From: a virus
IMG/VR virus record: IMGVR_UViG_3300009156_000017
Reading direction: 5' to 3' (one strand)
Length of the DNA stretch: 40,245 nucleotides
Shown here: positions 15,161 to 25,602 of the stretch, piece by piece
How positions within the stretch are numbered: position 1 is the stretch's first letter
Layout: each line of letters opens with the position of its first letter
The notes under the pieces: model-generated
Database searches by the model: none
What the model was told of the DNA's origin: nothing
The model's input: the letters and a program-made list of their open reading frames with translations, nothing else
Position numbers and translations under genes: made by a program

Positions 15161-17464
15161 TTATTGATACAGTAAATGATCGTCCGGGCCGTCGCCGTAT
15201 TTGATATAATCTGTGAGCCCATCGCCGTACTTGACAATGTTTCCTGCTTCCACCTCAGCAGGGATCTTTTTAATCGGGGTGTCCTTGGTTCCAAGCATGC
15301 GCCACTCGGCTCGGCCCTTCTCGGTTTCAGCGTCGACCTCAAAAATGAAATCGAAGAACTTCTCCTCCTCATAGGTATAGCTCACAATCCCCAGGGGATT
15401 TTCCAGGATGGCGAAAAATTGTGAGAGCGTGAAGGGGCATTTAAACTTCCGATCCTCCGGCAGGAAGAAAGCATTGCCGCCGGTATTTAAATCCTGGCCG
15501 TCGATGGTGGTACCCAGCGCGGTGACAAGATGTAGCCCCGCATTTTTTTCCTTGGATTGGAAATAGTAAACCTGATTTTTTTTTGCCAGTGGGATATTCA
15601 AGAACCTTCTGCCGCGCAGCATATTTTGGCCCACTGCAATGCGTAGGTTCATAGCTGTCTCAGGAGAAAAAATGCCATCGACAAATAAAATTCCTTCCTG
15701 CCGCCGAGAGATAATATCCTCGCCGACCTTGATCATATCGATAAAAAAAATCTTGCTGTCGTATTTGGAATCTTTGGATCCGGTATCAATGATGCTTTCC
15801 CGGCGGGCGAATTCTATTCCGTAGCCATCCCCGCAGTACTTGGAAACTAAATCCAGCTCCTTCTTGACGGCCTTTAAGGAGTTGGTGTATTGATAGATGG
15901 TGTTGAATTCATCGCGACCGTTTTGCTCCTCATATTCGTTGATGGGATAACCGGCTTTGACGGAATTGAAGAGAAATTCCTTCGTTGGGGAGATGGTGAG
16001 ATCGTTAACTTCTCCCAGCTCAACTGCTATGTTGCCATTGAACAAAAAGTCAAGTGGCTCGATGCGTATAGTCTTATCGGTAATGATAGCGCCCAAGAAG
16101 CAAATAGTGGAATAGCTTGAAAAGGCATCGCGCATCGAAGTTGAAACTTGCACCTCATCCAAGGGGATCCCCCGCAAGAGCAGGCCCGTAGTAATTGCCA
16201 GGTAAGCACCCTCGCCGTCCTGGGCATAGCCTAACTCCTCCCGACCAAAATATTCGGAGTAAAACTCGCCGTCGGTCATTTGAACAATGAGCGCCTCGAA
16301 CAACTCATGGGGAAGTAAAATCGGGTGAGTGGATTCTGGCACGCTACTATCGGAGTGGATGGTAAGGTGCATGCTGTTGTAAAGGACTTCCGTTTTTAAG
16401 TTGTTGGAAAGGTCGACGCCAGCCATGACGATCGGCATGTACCCCAGGTCGAAAGTTTCATCCAGGTCGCCGTCTTCATAAAAGAAAACCAGGCAATGGA
16501 ATTCGCAGGCAATAACAAGATACTGCGCGGGCAAAATCTCCAGGGTGGCCGCATAGTTGAAGTTGTAGTTGCCGGTGGTCATTTCGTAAGTAGCTTCGTG
16601 CTTTACCTCCGTGGTAATGCCGCCGCCGACGATGGGTGTTACCAGCATCACCCGGAAATAGATTTTGTAACCAGCATATTGGGCGATGTCCCCCACGGAC
16701 TGAATGAAAATAGGCAGGGGCAGTCCCTTGTAACTCAGGGTAAAATTTGTGTCGAACGCTATGTTTATCGTCTGCGGTGTTACCAGATTGTTTCGGTAGA
16801 TGGATGAGCTCGAGGTCCCGTATAGGTCGTTGATCAATCGCTCGGCCTCCTCCTCGTTGGTCCCCTCTTGTGGAACGGAGACTTCATAGGGATTTTTATT
16901 TACGCCAGGGTTGCCGCTTTCCTTATTGAGAAAGGGCAAGGTATGCGAAAAAGTTTGTGGCGCATCCTGGGAGGATCCCAAAAATTCTGAATAGAAAAAA
17001 ATGGACCGGCCTCTTATTATCCCGTTTTTAAATGATGCAGGTGCAACGGGTTTCCGGTCCAGGGAAAAAGTATTCCGAACATTGAGTTGAACATCCTCTC
17101 GGTTCTGGAATTTTTGCACGAAGGACGATTGAATAATATCGACTTTGTAACGGTGAAACTTCCGTTCCTCGATGTAGTTTTCCTGATTCACCTTGCCCTC
17201 AAAAAGAAACTTATTCGGATTCCGATAGTATTGCCGGATGGTTACGTCGGCATCAATGCCATAAAGTAACCTTTGCCGTTGCATAAACTCATACCCATCG
17301 CCCACGAAATCAAACTCCACCGAGATGCTTTTGAGGATCCCCAGGTAGGTTAGGTCGCGGATGATCCGAAACTTTGTGGCGTCCCACCCTTGCGGGGCGT
17401 CCTGCAGTTCCAGGCGTTCGCCCGAGTCGTTTGATAGCAATATGGTTCTGTAGGTAGGATCCAT
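15161..17464 (-). CDS. Large tail protein (Dit/Tal-like position), 767 aa
   Basis: The ATG at 17464 (MDPTYRTILL) overlaps the tape measure stop as TAATG. The longer track ORF starts at a GTG inside the tape measure gene. Confidence 0.65.
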   Translation of the reverse strand: MDPTYRTILLSNDSGERLELQDAPQGWDATKFRIIRDLTYLGILKSISVEFDFVGDGYEFMQRQRLLYGIDADVTIRQYYRNPNKFLFEGKVNQENYIEERKFHRYKVDIIQSSFVQKFQNREDVQLNVRNTFSLDRKPVAPASFKNGIIRGRSIFFYSEFLGSSQDAPQTFSHTLPFLNKESGNPGVNKNPYEVSVPQEGTNEEEAERLINDLYGTSSSSIYRNNLVTPQTINIAFDTNFTLSYKGLPLPIFIQSVGDIAQYAGYKIYFRVMLVTPIVGGGITTEVKHEATYEMTTGNYNFNYAATLEILPAQYLVIACEFHCLVFFYEDGDLDETFDLGYMPIVMAGVDLSNNLKTEVLYNSMHLTIHSDSSVPESTHPILLPHELFEALIVQMTDGEFYSEYFGREELGYAQDGEGAYLAITTGLLLRGIPLDEVQVSTSMRDAFSSYSTICFLGAIITDKTIRIEPLDFLFNGNIAVELGEVNDLTISPTKEFLFNSVKAGYPINEYEEQNGRDEFNTIYQYTNSLKAVKKELDLVSKYCGDGYGIEFARRESIIDTGSKDSKYDSKIFFIDMIKVGEDIISRRQEGILFVDGIFSPETAMNLRIAVGQNMLRGRRFLNIPLAKKNQVYYFQSKEKNAGLHLVTALGTTIDGQDLNTGGNAFFLPEDRKFKCPFTLSQFFAILENPLGIVSYTYEEEKFFDFIFEVDAETEKGRAEWRMLGTKDTPIKKIPAEVEAGNIVKYGDGLTDYIKYGDGPDDHLLYQ

Positions 17465-20346
17465 TACCTGGGTCGATTTCGTAAGGCCTCGATATATTTT
17501 GCTCTGGTACCTCCGTCCTGATAGCCGGTAACTTGGCCGGATAGGTGCCACTCCCTTTTATTTCTGATGGTGCTGTTGATTTTGTCCAGCTTCTTTTCTA
17601 TCCGCCCGTATGGCTCACCTGAGATCGGGCGCCGGTCAAGATGCAGCTGGTTGCTGGCAAGCATGCGCATGGTTTCCTCATGGGGGATGATCTCCGTTCC
17701 TCGCGGGAAGTTGTACACCGTGGCAACCTCATGGGTAAGCGCAAGCTGTCCCCCTGGCATGCGGACAAGTTCTTGGCCTTTTTCCCCGGCGATGATGGGT
17801 CCGCCCTGGTGGTCCTTGATACCTTTTTCTGCTGCTGGTATGGGCCGGGCGATGATCGTAGCGATTTGAAACGCTGCCAGCGCCCCGTAGAAAGCTGCAG
17901 CAATGGGACCGCCGTCCTTCAATCCCTTGATCGTAGCCGCCGCCCCTTGGATGATGGCTTGCGATAGGGCAATGGATTTATCGAAGATGGCCTGCCGACG
18001 GATGAGCTGCCGCCTCCGTTGTTCGAGGGCCGCTTGCCTTACCTCCTCGGCTTTTTCCAGGGCGATCTTCCGCTCTTCGCCAGATTCCTCTATGGATTTT
18101 TTTTGCTCGTCGCTCAAGATTTCGTTTGCCAGGCGTTGCTTCAAGGCGAAGTCCTCCTGTTCCAGCTGCTTGGCCAGGGCCTCCTCATTGGCGGCGCTTT
18201 CTTCGTCAAGGGCCTGCAGGCGCCTTTCGGTAAGGGCCTGGAACAGTCCGCCGATCGCGTTGGTGAATTCGGTATAGACAAAGGAAACCTGCTCGGCGAA
18301 GGTGGAGAGGTCTTCGAGATTTTTTTTCTGCCCCTTGTTGAGCTGCTCATAATAGGCGTTAGTCAAATCCCCTTTTAGCTTATAGAGTTGCTTTTCAACT
18401 AAGGCGCGTTCCTCGGCGGAAAGGTTTTCGATGTCCAGGATCTGCTTCATAGCATCGATTTGAACCTGGACATAATCGTCGGCATAACGTTTCCGTTTTT
18501 CAGCAATGATTTTTTCGGCCTCCTCCACCGACATACCACGGGCAATGGCGGCCTTCTTGGTTGCCTCAATATCCTTATCGATGGAGTTTGTCCTGGCCTC
18601 AGCTGCTTTTATGATCGCAGCTTTTTCCTTTTCCACTTGCGCCTTGATCTTCGTATTATAATCGCTGACGGCCTCGGCAGTAATTTTTTGCCGGTCCTTT
18701 ACGCCCTGAGCGGTGATGGCGGTTTTTGCGGCCTCATATTCTTTGTCGACCAGTAGCCGCGCCGAGGGGGAAAGGTTAGGATCCTTCAATGCCTCGTCGT
18801 GTATTTTTTTTGCCTGCTTCCGCCGGAGGTCATCAAATTCCTCGGAGGCAGTTATTCTCTCATCGATACCCTTCTGCTGGTTGTCGATGATCTCCCGCTG
18901 CGTTTGGATTTGTTCGTTAAGCAAGAAGCCACTCAGCGCCGCAGCATCCTTCCGCTCCTGGGTGCGGGCCTCCTCATTGATGACGGCTATTCTATTATTT
19001 GCATCGGCGATGATATCGACAAAATCTGCAAAGTCTTTTTCTTCTTCCTCATTCAGTTTTCTGCCGTAACGCCTGGCTGTGTCCAGGATGGCGATGTATC
19101 CTTTTTCCGCTTCCGCAATGACGGCTTCATTTTTTTTAATTTCTAAGTCCGTCGTTTTTTCTCCCTTGGCTTCAGCAACGGCAATTTCTCGGGCCGCCGA
19201 TTTTTCGATTGCATCAATCTGTTTCTTAGACGCATTTATGGTGGCTTCGTTTTGTTCATTCAGAGCAAAGGTTGTCAAGCCTATCGCATCGGTTAACTTC
19301 TTGAACCAATCGGTAACTACTTTCAAGGGACCCGTCATCGAATCCAGCGCCTTGCTGAGTCCGGGAGAATCATCCTTGAGTTTAATCATTGCAGCACCGG
19401 CGGCGGCGATCGCGGCGGCTGCCAGGATATAAGGATTCTTTAATAGCTTCAAACCTTCCTTTGTCATGGTGGCACCAAATGCCTTCATGCCGGCAGTGGC
19501 TTCCTTGAAAGTCATTCCCTTCATGGTCGTGAAAAATTGTGTAGCCGCAGCGTTGGCACCCCTGAAATCCAAGGCCTTGAGTTTGTCGCCCATGAGCCCG
19601 AAGGAGCCAGAGATATTCTCCATTTTGGAACCTGACAAAGCATTTATAGAGGCTTCAATATCGCCTATCTCATTTTTTAGTTCCCCCGCTCTAGCCGCAG
19701 CCGCGATGAATTCTGCCGACTGCGTTCCTAACGTGGAGGCTATACCAATCATTTCATCGTGTGCATCTTTCAATTTCGTTTTTAGATCCTTGAATGCCCC
19801 CGCATAATTTCCAACATTGTCGCGATGGTCGCCAATACTTGCGTTCAATCGCTTAACGTCTTTATCCTGCTGAACAATTATTTTATGAAGTTCCTGGCCT
19901 TCCTTACTCGTCCGTTGTTCTTCGGTGGCGAGTTGTTTGTATGCTAACCGGTTTTTGTTTAGCGCAGCCGTTAAGACTTCGATCGACGCATTTTGTGCGC
20001 TCACTGTTTTAGCGTCCTTTTCTCCCAGCTCCGTTTTTTCTTTTAGCTGTTGTTTGGCAACCTTCAGGGCGGCTGCTTCCTTCATATACTCCTCGGTGTT
20101 CCGCGCATTTATGGCGGCCATCTGCTTGGAAACCTTTTGCAGCTCCTTCTCCTCATCGGTTAGCTTTTTGGTTTCTTCCCTGGTTTTTTTTATGCCCTCC
20201 GCAGGGCCATCGCCAACATCCATCTGCTTGGTGGTCGCGGCGATCTTGAGCATGACCTTGTAGGCCTCCTCCATATTTTTTGCAAGGATCAACGGGGCCT
20301 CCAGGGCATCGTCGGAGATAATATCTTTACGGGTGAGCTCTGCCAT
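17464..20346 (-). CDS. Tail tape measure protein (960 aa)
   Basis: Very long Ala/Lys/Glu-rich coiled-coil protein with hydrophobic Gly/Ala segments (ILAAAAIAAAGAAMIKL, GALAAFQIATIIA). Canonical position after the chaperone ORFs. Confidence 0.85.
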   Translation of the reverse strand: MAELTRKDIISDDALEAPLILAKNMEEAYKVMLKIAATTKQMDVGDGPAEGIKKTREETKKLTDEEKELQKVSKQMAAINARNTEEYMKEAAALKVAKQQLKEKTELGEKDAKTVSAQNASIEVLTAALNKNRLAYKQLATEEQRTSKEGQELHKIIVQQDKDVKRLNASIGDHRDNVGNYAGAFKDLKTKLKDAHDEMIGIASTLGTQSAEFIAAAARAGELKNEIGDIEASINALSGSKMENISGSFGLMGDKLKALDFRGANAAATQFFTTMKGMTFKEATAGMKAFGATMTKEGLKLLKNPYILAAAAIAAAGAAMIKLKDDSPGLSKALDSMTGPLKVVTDWFKKLTDAIGLTTFALNEQNEATINASKKQIDAIEKSAAREIAVAEAKGEKTTDLEIKKNEAVIAEAEKGYIAILDTARRYGRKLNEEEEKDFADFVDIIADANNRIAVINEEARTQERKDAAALSGFLLNEQIQTQREIIDNQQKGIDERITASEEFDDLRRKQAKKIHDEALKDPNLSPSARLLVDKEYEAAKTAITAQGVKDRQKITAEAVSDYNTKIKAQVEKEKAAIIKAAEARTNSIDKDIEATKKAAIARGMSVEEAEKIIAEKRKRYADDYVQVQIDAMKQILDIENLSAEERALVEKQLYKLKGDLTNAYYEQLNKGQKKNLEDLSTFAEQVSFVYTEFTNAIGGLFQALTERRLQALDEESAANEEALAKQLEQEDFALKQRLANEILSDEQKKSIEESGEERKIALEKAEEVRQAALEQRRRQLIRRQAIFDKSIALSQAIIQGAAATIKGLKDGGPIAAAFYGALAAFQIATIIARPIPAAEKGIKDHQGGPIIAGEKGQELVRMPGGQLALTHEVATVYNFPRGTEIIPHEETMRMLASNQLHLDRRPISGEPYGRIEKKLDKINSTIRNKREWHLSGQVTGYQDGGTRAKYIEALRNRPR

Positions 20347-20890
20347 TTAGTTTTTCGCGTTGCGCCTTATAGGCATGATGTCTGCGTTCGATTAGTTTGG
20401 AATATTCATTGTACCGGGCAAGGGTAATCTCATCGGGTACGGTATAGCCCAGCTCCAAGGATAGCCCGGCCATCAGCGCCTCGAAGTTTTCCGATCGCCT
20501 GGGGGTGGTGGCCTGCGTTCGTTCCAGATCGTTTAGTTGCATGGCGATCTTGGTTTGTAGATTGTCGCATTTACGAATAGCCCGGTAAAGGGAATCCGCA
20601 TAAGTTTTTGAGTTGGTGGTGTCGATAAGGTATCCCTTGGAGCGGACGTATTTGATGGCCTCAAAGTCCAAGGCATAGCATAGGATGACCAGGTTGGGCC
20701 TTACCGAGATATGTTCGTGCAGCAGGCGGTTATAGTTGCGCCAGCTTTTTAAGTACGAGTTGTATTCCTGATTGCCAGTAACCTTGTTATTATCCTGGAC
20801 AATTTTCTCCCACATAGCAACGCATTGGCTATCCGTTGCAATGCCGGATTTGATCACCAACTTGAAGTTTCCGCTTTCACTTATCGCCAT
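20327..20890 (-). CDS. Tail assembly chaperone-like protein, distal ORF (187 aa from the ATG at 20890; frame open up to 21019)
   Basis: Lies between the major tail gene and the tape measure gene. Its frame overlaps the upstream ORF by about 107 nt. Confidence 0.5.
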   Translation of the reverse strand: MAISESGNFKLVIKSGIATDSQCVAMWEKIVQDNNKVTGNQEYNSYLKSWRNYNRLLHEHISVRPNLVILCYALDFEAIKYVRSKGYLIDTTNSKTYADSLYRAIRKCDNLQTKIAMQLNDLERTQATTPRRSENFEALMAGLSLELGYTVPDEITLARYNEYSKLIERRHHAYKAQREKLNGRAHP

Positions 20891-20912
20891 GAAGAGTTTT
20901 AAAGTGATATCC

Positions 20913-21422
20913 TCATAGCTGAAAAAGCTGGCGGTAATACTCGATGATGTCCTCCTTGAGATAGTCATGAGCCAAGATGGTTTTAGACTTTTCAGTAAGG
21001 CCAAAGATTTCTTCACCATAATTTGAAACTAGGTTTTCAGTTTTCCTGTCGCTGGCACTAAATATCACCGGCCATTTATCCGTTGCCGCCACCATGCTAG
21101 AGTGAAATGCCCCGGTAAGTTTTAGATCCGTTACGCCCCTTGGATTCATCCTAGCCTTCATCGCGGCATAGGACTCACTTCGATATTCTTTTAGCTTCAT
21201 GCTTTCCGCATCGACCCCGCTCATCAGCTGCTCGGCATTGAGATCCACCAGCAGCCACTCATTATCCGTTACGATATCAAGGATGGCCTCCTCCTGGTGG
21301 TGGGCTTCGCGTCTTAGCTTTGCGATTAAATCTTTCACTGCTCCCATAGCTTTTAGAAAAGTAAGGGTGCGCCCCAAGGGATTATGGCAAACGCTTAAAG
21401 GCACACCCAGACTAAACATCAC
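20913..21422 (-). CDS. Tail assembly chaperone-like protein, proximal ORF (169 aa)
   Basis: Position immediately downstream of the putative major tail protein. Confidence 0.5.
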   Translation of the reverse strand: MMFSLGVPLSVCHNPLGRTLTFLKAMGAVKDLIAKLRREAHHQEEAILDIVTDNEWLLVDLNAEQLMSGVDAESMKLKEYRSESYAAMKARMNPRGVTDLKLTGAFHSSMVAATDKWPVIFSASDRKTENLVSNYGEEIFGLTEKSKTILAHDYLKEDIIEYYRQLFQL

Positions 21423-21445
21423 GCTTCTTTTACTTCGTGGTCCCT

Positions 21446-22327
21446 TTAAGCGCCGGGGGTAATCTGTACCGGTGTAAGCGTTTCGTAACCAGGGACAGAC
21501 AACGTAGAGGCTGACACTAATGAAAGCTTGCTGGCTTCGAACGCTGTGCCGGTCAGGGTATATTGCCCGGCTATAGCAGGATCTTCAACCGCAGTGGTGA
21601 TGGCATGGCTCGCTCCGTCGTCATCATCTACCAATGAGAAATCGTCCTTTACCAAACCAACCAATGGCGTGGAGTCACATTCAGCAGCCACTTTAACCGT
21701 TATAGTGGTGGCACTTGCTGCCCCGACAGTAGTTAGTTTTGTATCGACTATTCTTACAATTTGGTTGAAGGCATCGAAGGGTACCAGGACACCGTTTTTG
21801 TCAATCTCTTTGTTGTTCTGCAAGGCCACCATTATCGGGGACTTACTCGCTACGGAGCCGTCGTTAAACATGAGCTTCTCCGTTTGCAGCAGTTGCAACG
21901 TAAGGGCTAAACCATCGCCGTTATCCTTTTCAGAAAGGATAAGCTGGTTTTCGGAGTCGAAGAATATTACTCCACCACTATTTGCCCGGTGGCTGTACAT
22001 CGCTTTATGTATGCACAGGTTTTCCCGGATCCCGAAACGGAAACGATAGTTACCATCCCGAACGGGTATGTAGGCCAGTGGAGTATCTTCATAGACAGCT
22101 TCCTGAGAAATGTTCTCGAAGCTTTTAAAATCTGGCCACCGATAAATTCTCTGACCCACGGGGGCCACGGCAGCATCATTCAAAAACGCCAAGAGCAAGA
22201 CAGGGTCTGCAAGGGTCGCAGCAGGGATGCTGAAACCAGGAGGGGTAGTGATCATTGAGATCAACATTTCAGGCATCTTATTGCACCGAGACAACCCCAG
22301 ATTCTTTTTTACGACATCACATTCCAT
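21446..22327 (-). CDS. Putative major tail protein with C-terminal Ig-like domain (293 aa)
   Basis: Gene order neck -> this ORF -> chaperones -> tape measure. The C-terminal ~90 aa are Ig-like (TTITVKVAAECDSTPLVGL...YTLTGTAFEASKLSL). Confidence 0.55.
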   Translation of the reverse strand: MECDVVKKNLGLSRCNKMPEMLISMITTPPGFSIPAATLADPVLLLAFLNDAAVAPVGQRIYRWPDFKSFENISQEAVYEDTPLAYIPVRDGNYRFRFGIRENLCIHKAMYSHRANSGGVIFFDSENQLILSEKDNGDGLALTLQLLQTEKLMFNDGSVASKSPIMVALQNNKEIDKNGVLVPFDAFNQIVRIVDTKLTTVGAASATTITVKVAAECDSTPLVGLVKDDFSLVDDDDGASHAITTAVEDPAIAGQYTLTGTAFEASKLSLVSASTLSVPGYETLTPVQITPGA

Positions 22328-22333
22328 AAAATA

Positions 22334-22879
22334 TTATTCACAGTTTTTAATTGTTTTCGATAGTCTCAAATCGGTGATCTCAATAGCATCTAAGCGATCA
22401 TTGAAGACATACTTTGCGTTGCCCTGCTCGTAGACCACACCCCAATAGGGCCGGTCAACTTTTGAATGAGGTGGATTTCCACGGTCGCCTGTCCAGACGA
22501 ACTTCCCAACCCGGATGAGGATGCTGATAAACTTCTCGTACAACGGTTGGAGTAATGGTCTGAAGTTTACCTCGTACCGTTGCTGGATGGTATAGTTTGC
22601 CTCGGTAAGATTCAGGATTACAATGTGGAAGTTGTATGTTATCAGTCCATTAAGGGGTTGCTCTGGGTAGTCCATCAGCAAGGCGATGAGCGGATATTTC
22701 TGCTCCTTGAAAATCTGGTCGACGTTTTGTTTGGTTAGCTCGGTGGAGATATAAAGCTTATGGCCAGGGATGTAGAAAGGCGCCAGGCCTTGTAGCCGCT
22801 CAGGAAAGAGGGCAACAACTTCTGGATCCGTCCGCATGGCGGTCACAACCTTTTCGATATACGCAACTCCATCGGTCAT
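22334..22879 (-). CDS. Neck / tail-completion protein (hypothetical, 181 aa)
   Basis: Position between the capsid and tail genes. Confidence 0.5.
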   Translation of the reverse strand: MTDGVAYIEKVVTAMRTDPEVVALFPERLQGLAPFYIPGHKLYISTELTKQNVDQIFKEQKYPLIALLMDYPEQPLNGLITYNFHIVILNLTEANYTIQQRYEVNFRPLLQPLYEKFISILIRVGKFVWTGDRGNPPHSKVDRPYWGVVYEQGNAKYVFNDRLDAIEITDLRLSKTIKNCE

Positions 22880-23541
22880 ATTCCAAACGTGTTAATAGAG
22901 TTAGGGTACCAGAAAGTCCAGTTAGCGTAGGCGGGAGGTATAGGAGGATCGGCATTGGGATCCGCATCAGAGTTGGCCTCGGAAATAAACCAACCAAGGG
23001 TGTCGGCCTTTTCAACAAACTCGTTGTAGGCGCGGACGATTCTTAGCGAGGGCGAGATAACCTCAGCGTTTTCCGCCTTGGGTTGCACCACGCCTATACC
23101 AGAATGGTTGTCGAAGGTATCGCGCAGCCAGTTGGAGAATATGTAGGGAACCAGCATATCGACCAGGCCCAGCCACTCATCGGCCCAATCGTCATCGTAA
23201 ACGAAAGGAGATCCTTTCTCTAGCATGAGCCATTTATTATCTTCTATCTTGGTCCATTCCGTTCCTTCAACCGGCGGGATCCCGGTATTGTCAGCCACCG
23301 CCTCCCAGATACTTATTCCGTCCACCACTTGCTGCCCTACCAGATAGGCCGTTGTAACAACCCACTGGCTGGGTAGCAAAGCGCGAGCAGAGATAAACTC
23401 ATTGTACAAAGGCACGCCCAGCGCCTTTTTCAATACCTCCTCTTCATGCTTATCGATGTAAGGCTGCAGGGTATTGACCACGCTGCTTACATTGGGTATG
23501 TTGTAGGGGATGAGATTAAAATCGTCGGGCGTGCAAAACAT
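22876..23541 (-). CDS. Head-tail connector-region protein (hypothetical, 221 aa)
   Basis: The ATG at 23541 (MFCTPDDFNLIPY) was chosen. The longer track ORF would overlap the capsid gene by 145 nt. Confidence 0.5.
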   Translation of the reverse strand: MFCTPDDFNLIPYNIPNVSSVVNTLQPYIDKHEEEVLKKALGVPLYNEFISARALLPSQWVVTTAYLVGQQVVDGISIWEAVADNTGIPPVEGTEWTKIEDNKWLMLEKGSPFVYDDDWADEWLGLVDMLVPYIFSNWLRDTFDNHSGIGVVQPKAENAEVISPSLRIVRAYNEFVEKADTLGWFISEANSDADPNADPPIPPAYANWTFWYPNSINTFGI

Positions 23542-23564
23542 GATCGTAAATGCTATTAAAAGCG

Positions 23565-24791
23565 TTAAGGGGTTTCCAGGTCTGCAAGTGCAGTGGTGAT
23601 GTTGGTAACCTTCCGGAAGGCGGCCTCGTCGAGGGTTCTGATCAACAGGGCAAGACGTTGTTCGGCAAGAATGGTAAAAGTGTTCTTGATAAACTGGTCG
23701 TTGATCCATCCCATCTCCACAGTGAAATCTTCCAGCTCGTAGATGGTACCGTAGTTAAAGTCGCCGATTACGAAAGTATTCACAACGACTTGGCTACTCG
23801 GTATTATTTGAATGCCTGCGAGGCTCGTACCGTCAGGTGAAAGCATAGGCGGCAGCAGGTAACGGCCTCCCGTGTCCTTGTACAGTCTAAGTTTCAGCAT
23901 ATCGGTAGGATTAAGCAGAACGGTGTTGACCGTATACTTACCACCCTTGTTGTTCATGATATCGGCAGCAGCCACCATGATGAGGTCGAAAAGATTTGCA
24001 GCCTCAACTGTATCCGCATAAGGAGTTGTAACCAACGCAGGGGCTGATGTGTAAACGCCTTTTATAATTGGAGTTACCCCGGTACCGGCATATAAATCTG
24101 CCTCGATCTTAAGGGAAAGGTTTACTTCCAACAGCCGGCGGATCTCGCTTTCAATAAAATAAACATCGTTCCAGGCTTCCTTGGTGACAGGAATGGAATC
24201 GGCAATCTTTTCGATAGGGAGCAACCGTTCAATCCATGAGATCGCGCTTTCCGGTTTCGCAGCGCCTTCAGCAACCCAGGCAGCACCGCGAGTAACGGCT
24301 GCCTGATCATAGTAGCGTATTACACCATTGGAAGAAGGACTCACCTGCGCGTGGCGAAATAGATCCCAGATGGGAGTATTGGGGTAGGCTAAATAACCGA
24401 CGTCGGGGAGGCGCATGGCCATCGTAGATCCAGACACCAGGGCTCGCGTTACTAAGGTTTTATCGACGGTGAGCTTTACGTTGGGTCCGCCCTGGCCGAT
24501 GCTCTTTATTTCTTTTGCCTTTTCAGAAACCAGATCCTTGATCGATTTCTTGGGGCCGGGGTTCGATTGGAATATCCTGCGCATCTCCTCACCTTGCTTT
24601 GTTACAGCATCGGTAAGGGTCTTGATAACGTCGGCCTTCAACCCGAGCGTTTCGAGTTTGCTTGTCAGTTCTTCTGACTTCATGAGTCCTGCGCATACCG
24701 CCTGGACTTCTGTTTTCACTGCTTCCCGTATAGCTATGCCGTTATCTTTTGCAACGCCTTCCAGGAGAGTTTTTAATTCTTTCTCATCCAT
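23565..24791 (-). CDS. Major capsid protein, HK97 fold (408 aa)
   Basis: N-terminal coiled delta-like region followed by AWVAEGAAKPESAISW...IPVTKEAWNDV...LSLKIEADLYAGTG, typical of HK97-family capsid proteins. Follows the prohead protease. Confidence 0.85.
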   Translation of the reverse strand: MDEKELKTLLEGVAKDNGIAIREAVKTEVQAVCAGLMKSEELTSKLETLGLKADVIKTLTDAVTKQGEEMRRIFQSNPGPKKSIKDLVSEKAKEIKSIGQGGPNVKLTVDKTLVTRALVSGSTMAMRLPDVGYLAYPNTPIWDLFRHAQVSPSSNGVIRYYDQAAVTRGAAWVAEGAAKPESAISWIERLLPIEKIADSIPVTKEAWNDVYFIESEIRRLLEVNLSLKIEADLYAGTGVTPIIKGVYTSAPALVTTPYADTVEAANLFDLIMVAAADIMNNKGGKYTVNTVLLNPTDMLKLRLYKDTGGRYLLPPMLSPDGTSLAGIQIIPSSQVVVNTFVIGDFNYGTIYELEDFTVEMGWINDQFIKNTFTILAEQRLALLIRTLDEAAFRKVTNITTALADLETP

Positions 24792-25602
24792 AAAGCAAAT
24801 GTTTTTTGTAGTGAGTAATTAGTTCGTGTACATCTACGGGAGTGCGTTGCGTCGCGGGCTCCTTTCGCTCAGTGCTTAAAGCGGGCTGAGATTTATTTCC
24901 CAGGGTTGGGGTAAGTTCATTTGATCCTACTAAGACGGCGGATACCTCATGAAGGCGGGCCTCGCGAACAGCCCAGAAGTATCCTTGCGACTCGGCAGCA
25001 TCCTTGTTGCCCAGGGTAGGAAATACCTCGCTCCATGTTTTGTATTCGCTCTGATAGTTTTCATCGTTGATGGCCAGGTCGACCTTAACATAGGTCATCT
25101 TAACGGAATGCTGATCAACATGGCCGCCCAGGTATTCCCGGTACATCATGGGATTCAGATCCTTCTCGATCTGGCTTTCCATTACCAGGACCGTTGTGTC
25201 GCCGTTCTTGGGATGGCCCAAGGCCCGCCACTTCATGCCCTTGTCATAGAATTGAATCGGGCGACCGATCTGGCCGCCATACTCAAACTTATGATCGTGC
25301 AAATGGCGGATGCGCCTGGCGGAGTTTTGAACGCTCTTGGTAAATAGGCCCGGAATATGAACGTCGTCATGGGCGTCGAGCCAGTTGTATGTGTTGGCAA
25401 CGATGGTCCGTTTCAATATGCCCGCAGCCTCGTCGTTGTCATAGAGAAAATTGTCCTTGGTAACGCTGTCGTCCGCTTCAATTACGACCGCCGCCGCCTC
25501 GGTATACTTCTGCTGATGCTTTGCTATCTCAAGAATTTCTGCTTTGTTTTTCATCAGAAACTCGATGTGAGATTTCCCGGTGAGGCCAGACTCGACTTTC
25601 AT
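24784..25602 (-). CDS. Prohead (maturation) serine protease, HK97/S78-like (272 aa)
   Basis: LDAHDDVHIPGLFTKSV...IRHLHDHKFEYGGQIG matches the D..D.i.pGaF...H....piG pattern. Located just upstream of the capsid gene. Confidence 0.7.
   Translation of the reverse strand: MKVESGLTGKSHIEFLMKNKAEILEIAKHQQKYTEAAAVVIEADDSVTKDNFLYDNDEAAGILKRTIVANTYNWLDAHDDVHIPGLFTKSVQNSARRIRHLHDHKFEYGGQIGRPIQFYDKGMKWRALGHPKNGDTTVLVMESQIEKDLNPMMYREYLGGHVDQHSVKMTYVKVDLAINDENYQSEYKTWSEVFPTLGNKDAAESQGYFWAVREARLHEVSAVLVGSNELTPTLGNKSQPALSTERKEPATQRTPVDVHELITHYKKHLLYG

Noticed and set aside
17465-17551. GTG-initiated 29-aa extension of the large tail protein into the tape measure gene
   Set aside because: The ATG at 17464 forms a TAATG stop-start junction with the tape measure gene, the usual coupling in this operon.
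17567-20263. A chain of plus-strand ORFs (100-124 aa) antisense to the tape measure gene
   Set aside because: Ser/Ala/Phe/Cys-rich, low-complexity translations. These are mirror images of the Lys/Glu/Ala codon bias of the 960-aa minus-strand gene, which is continuous and far better supported.
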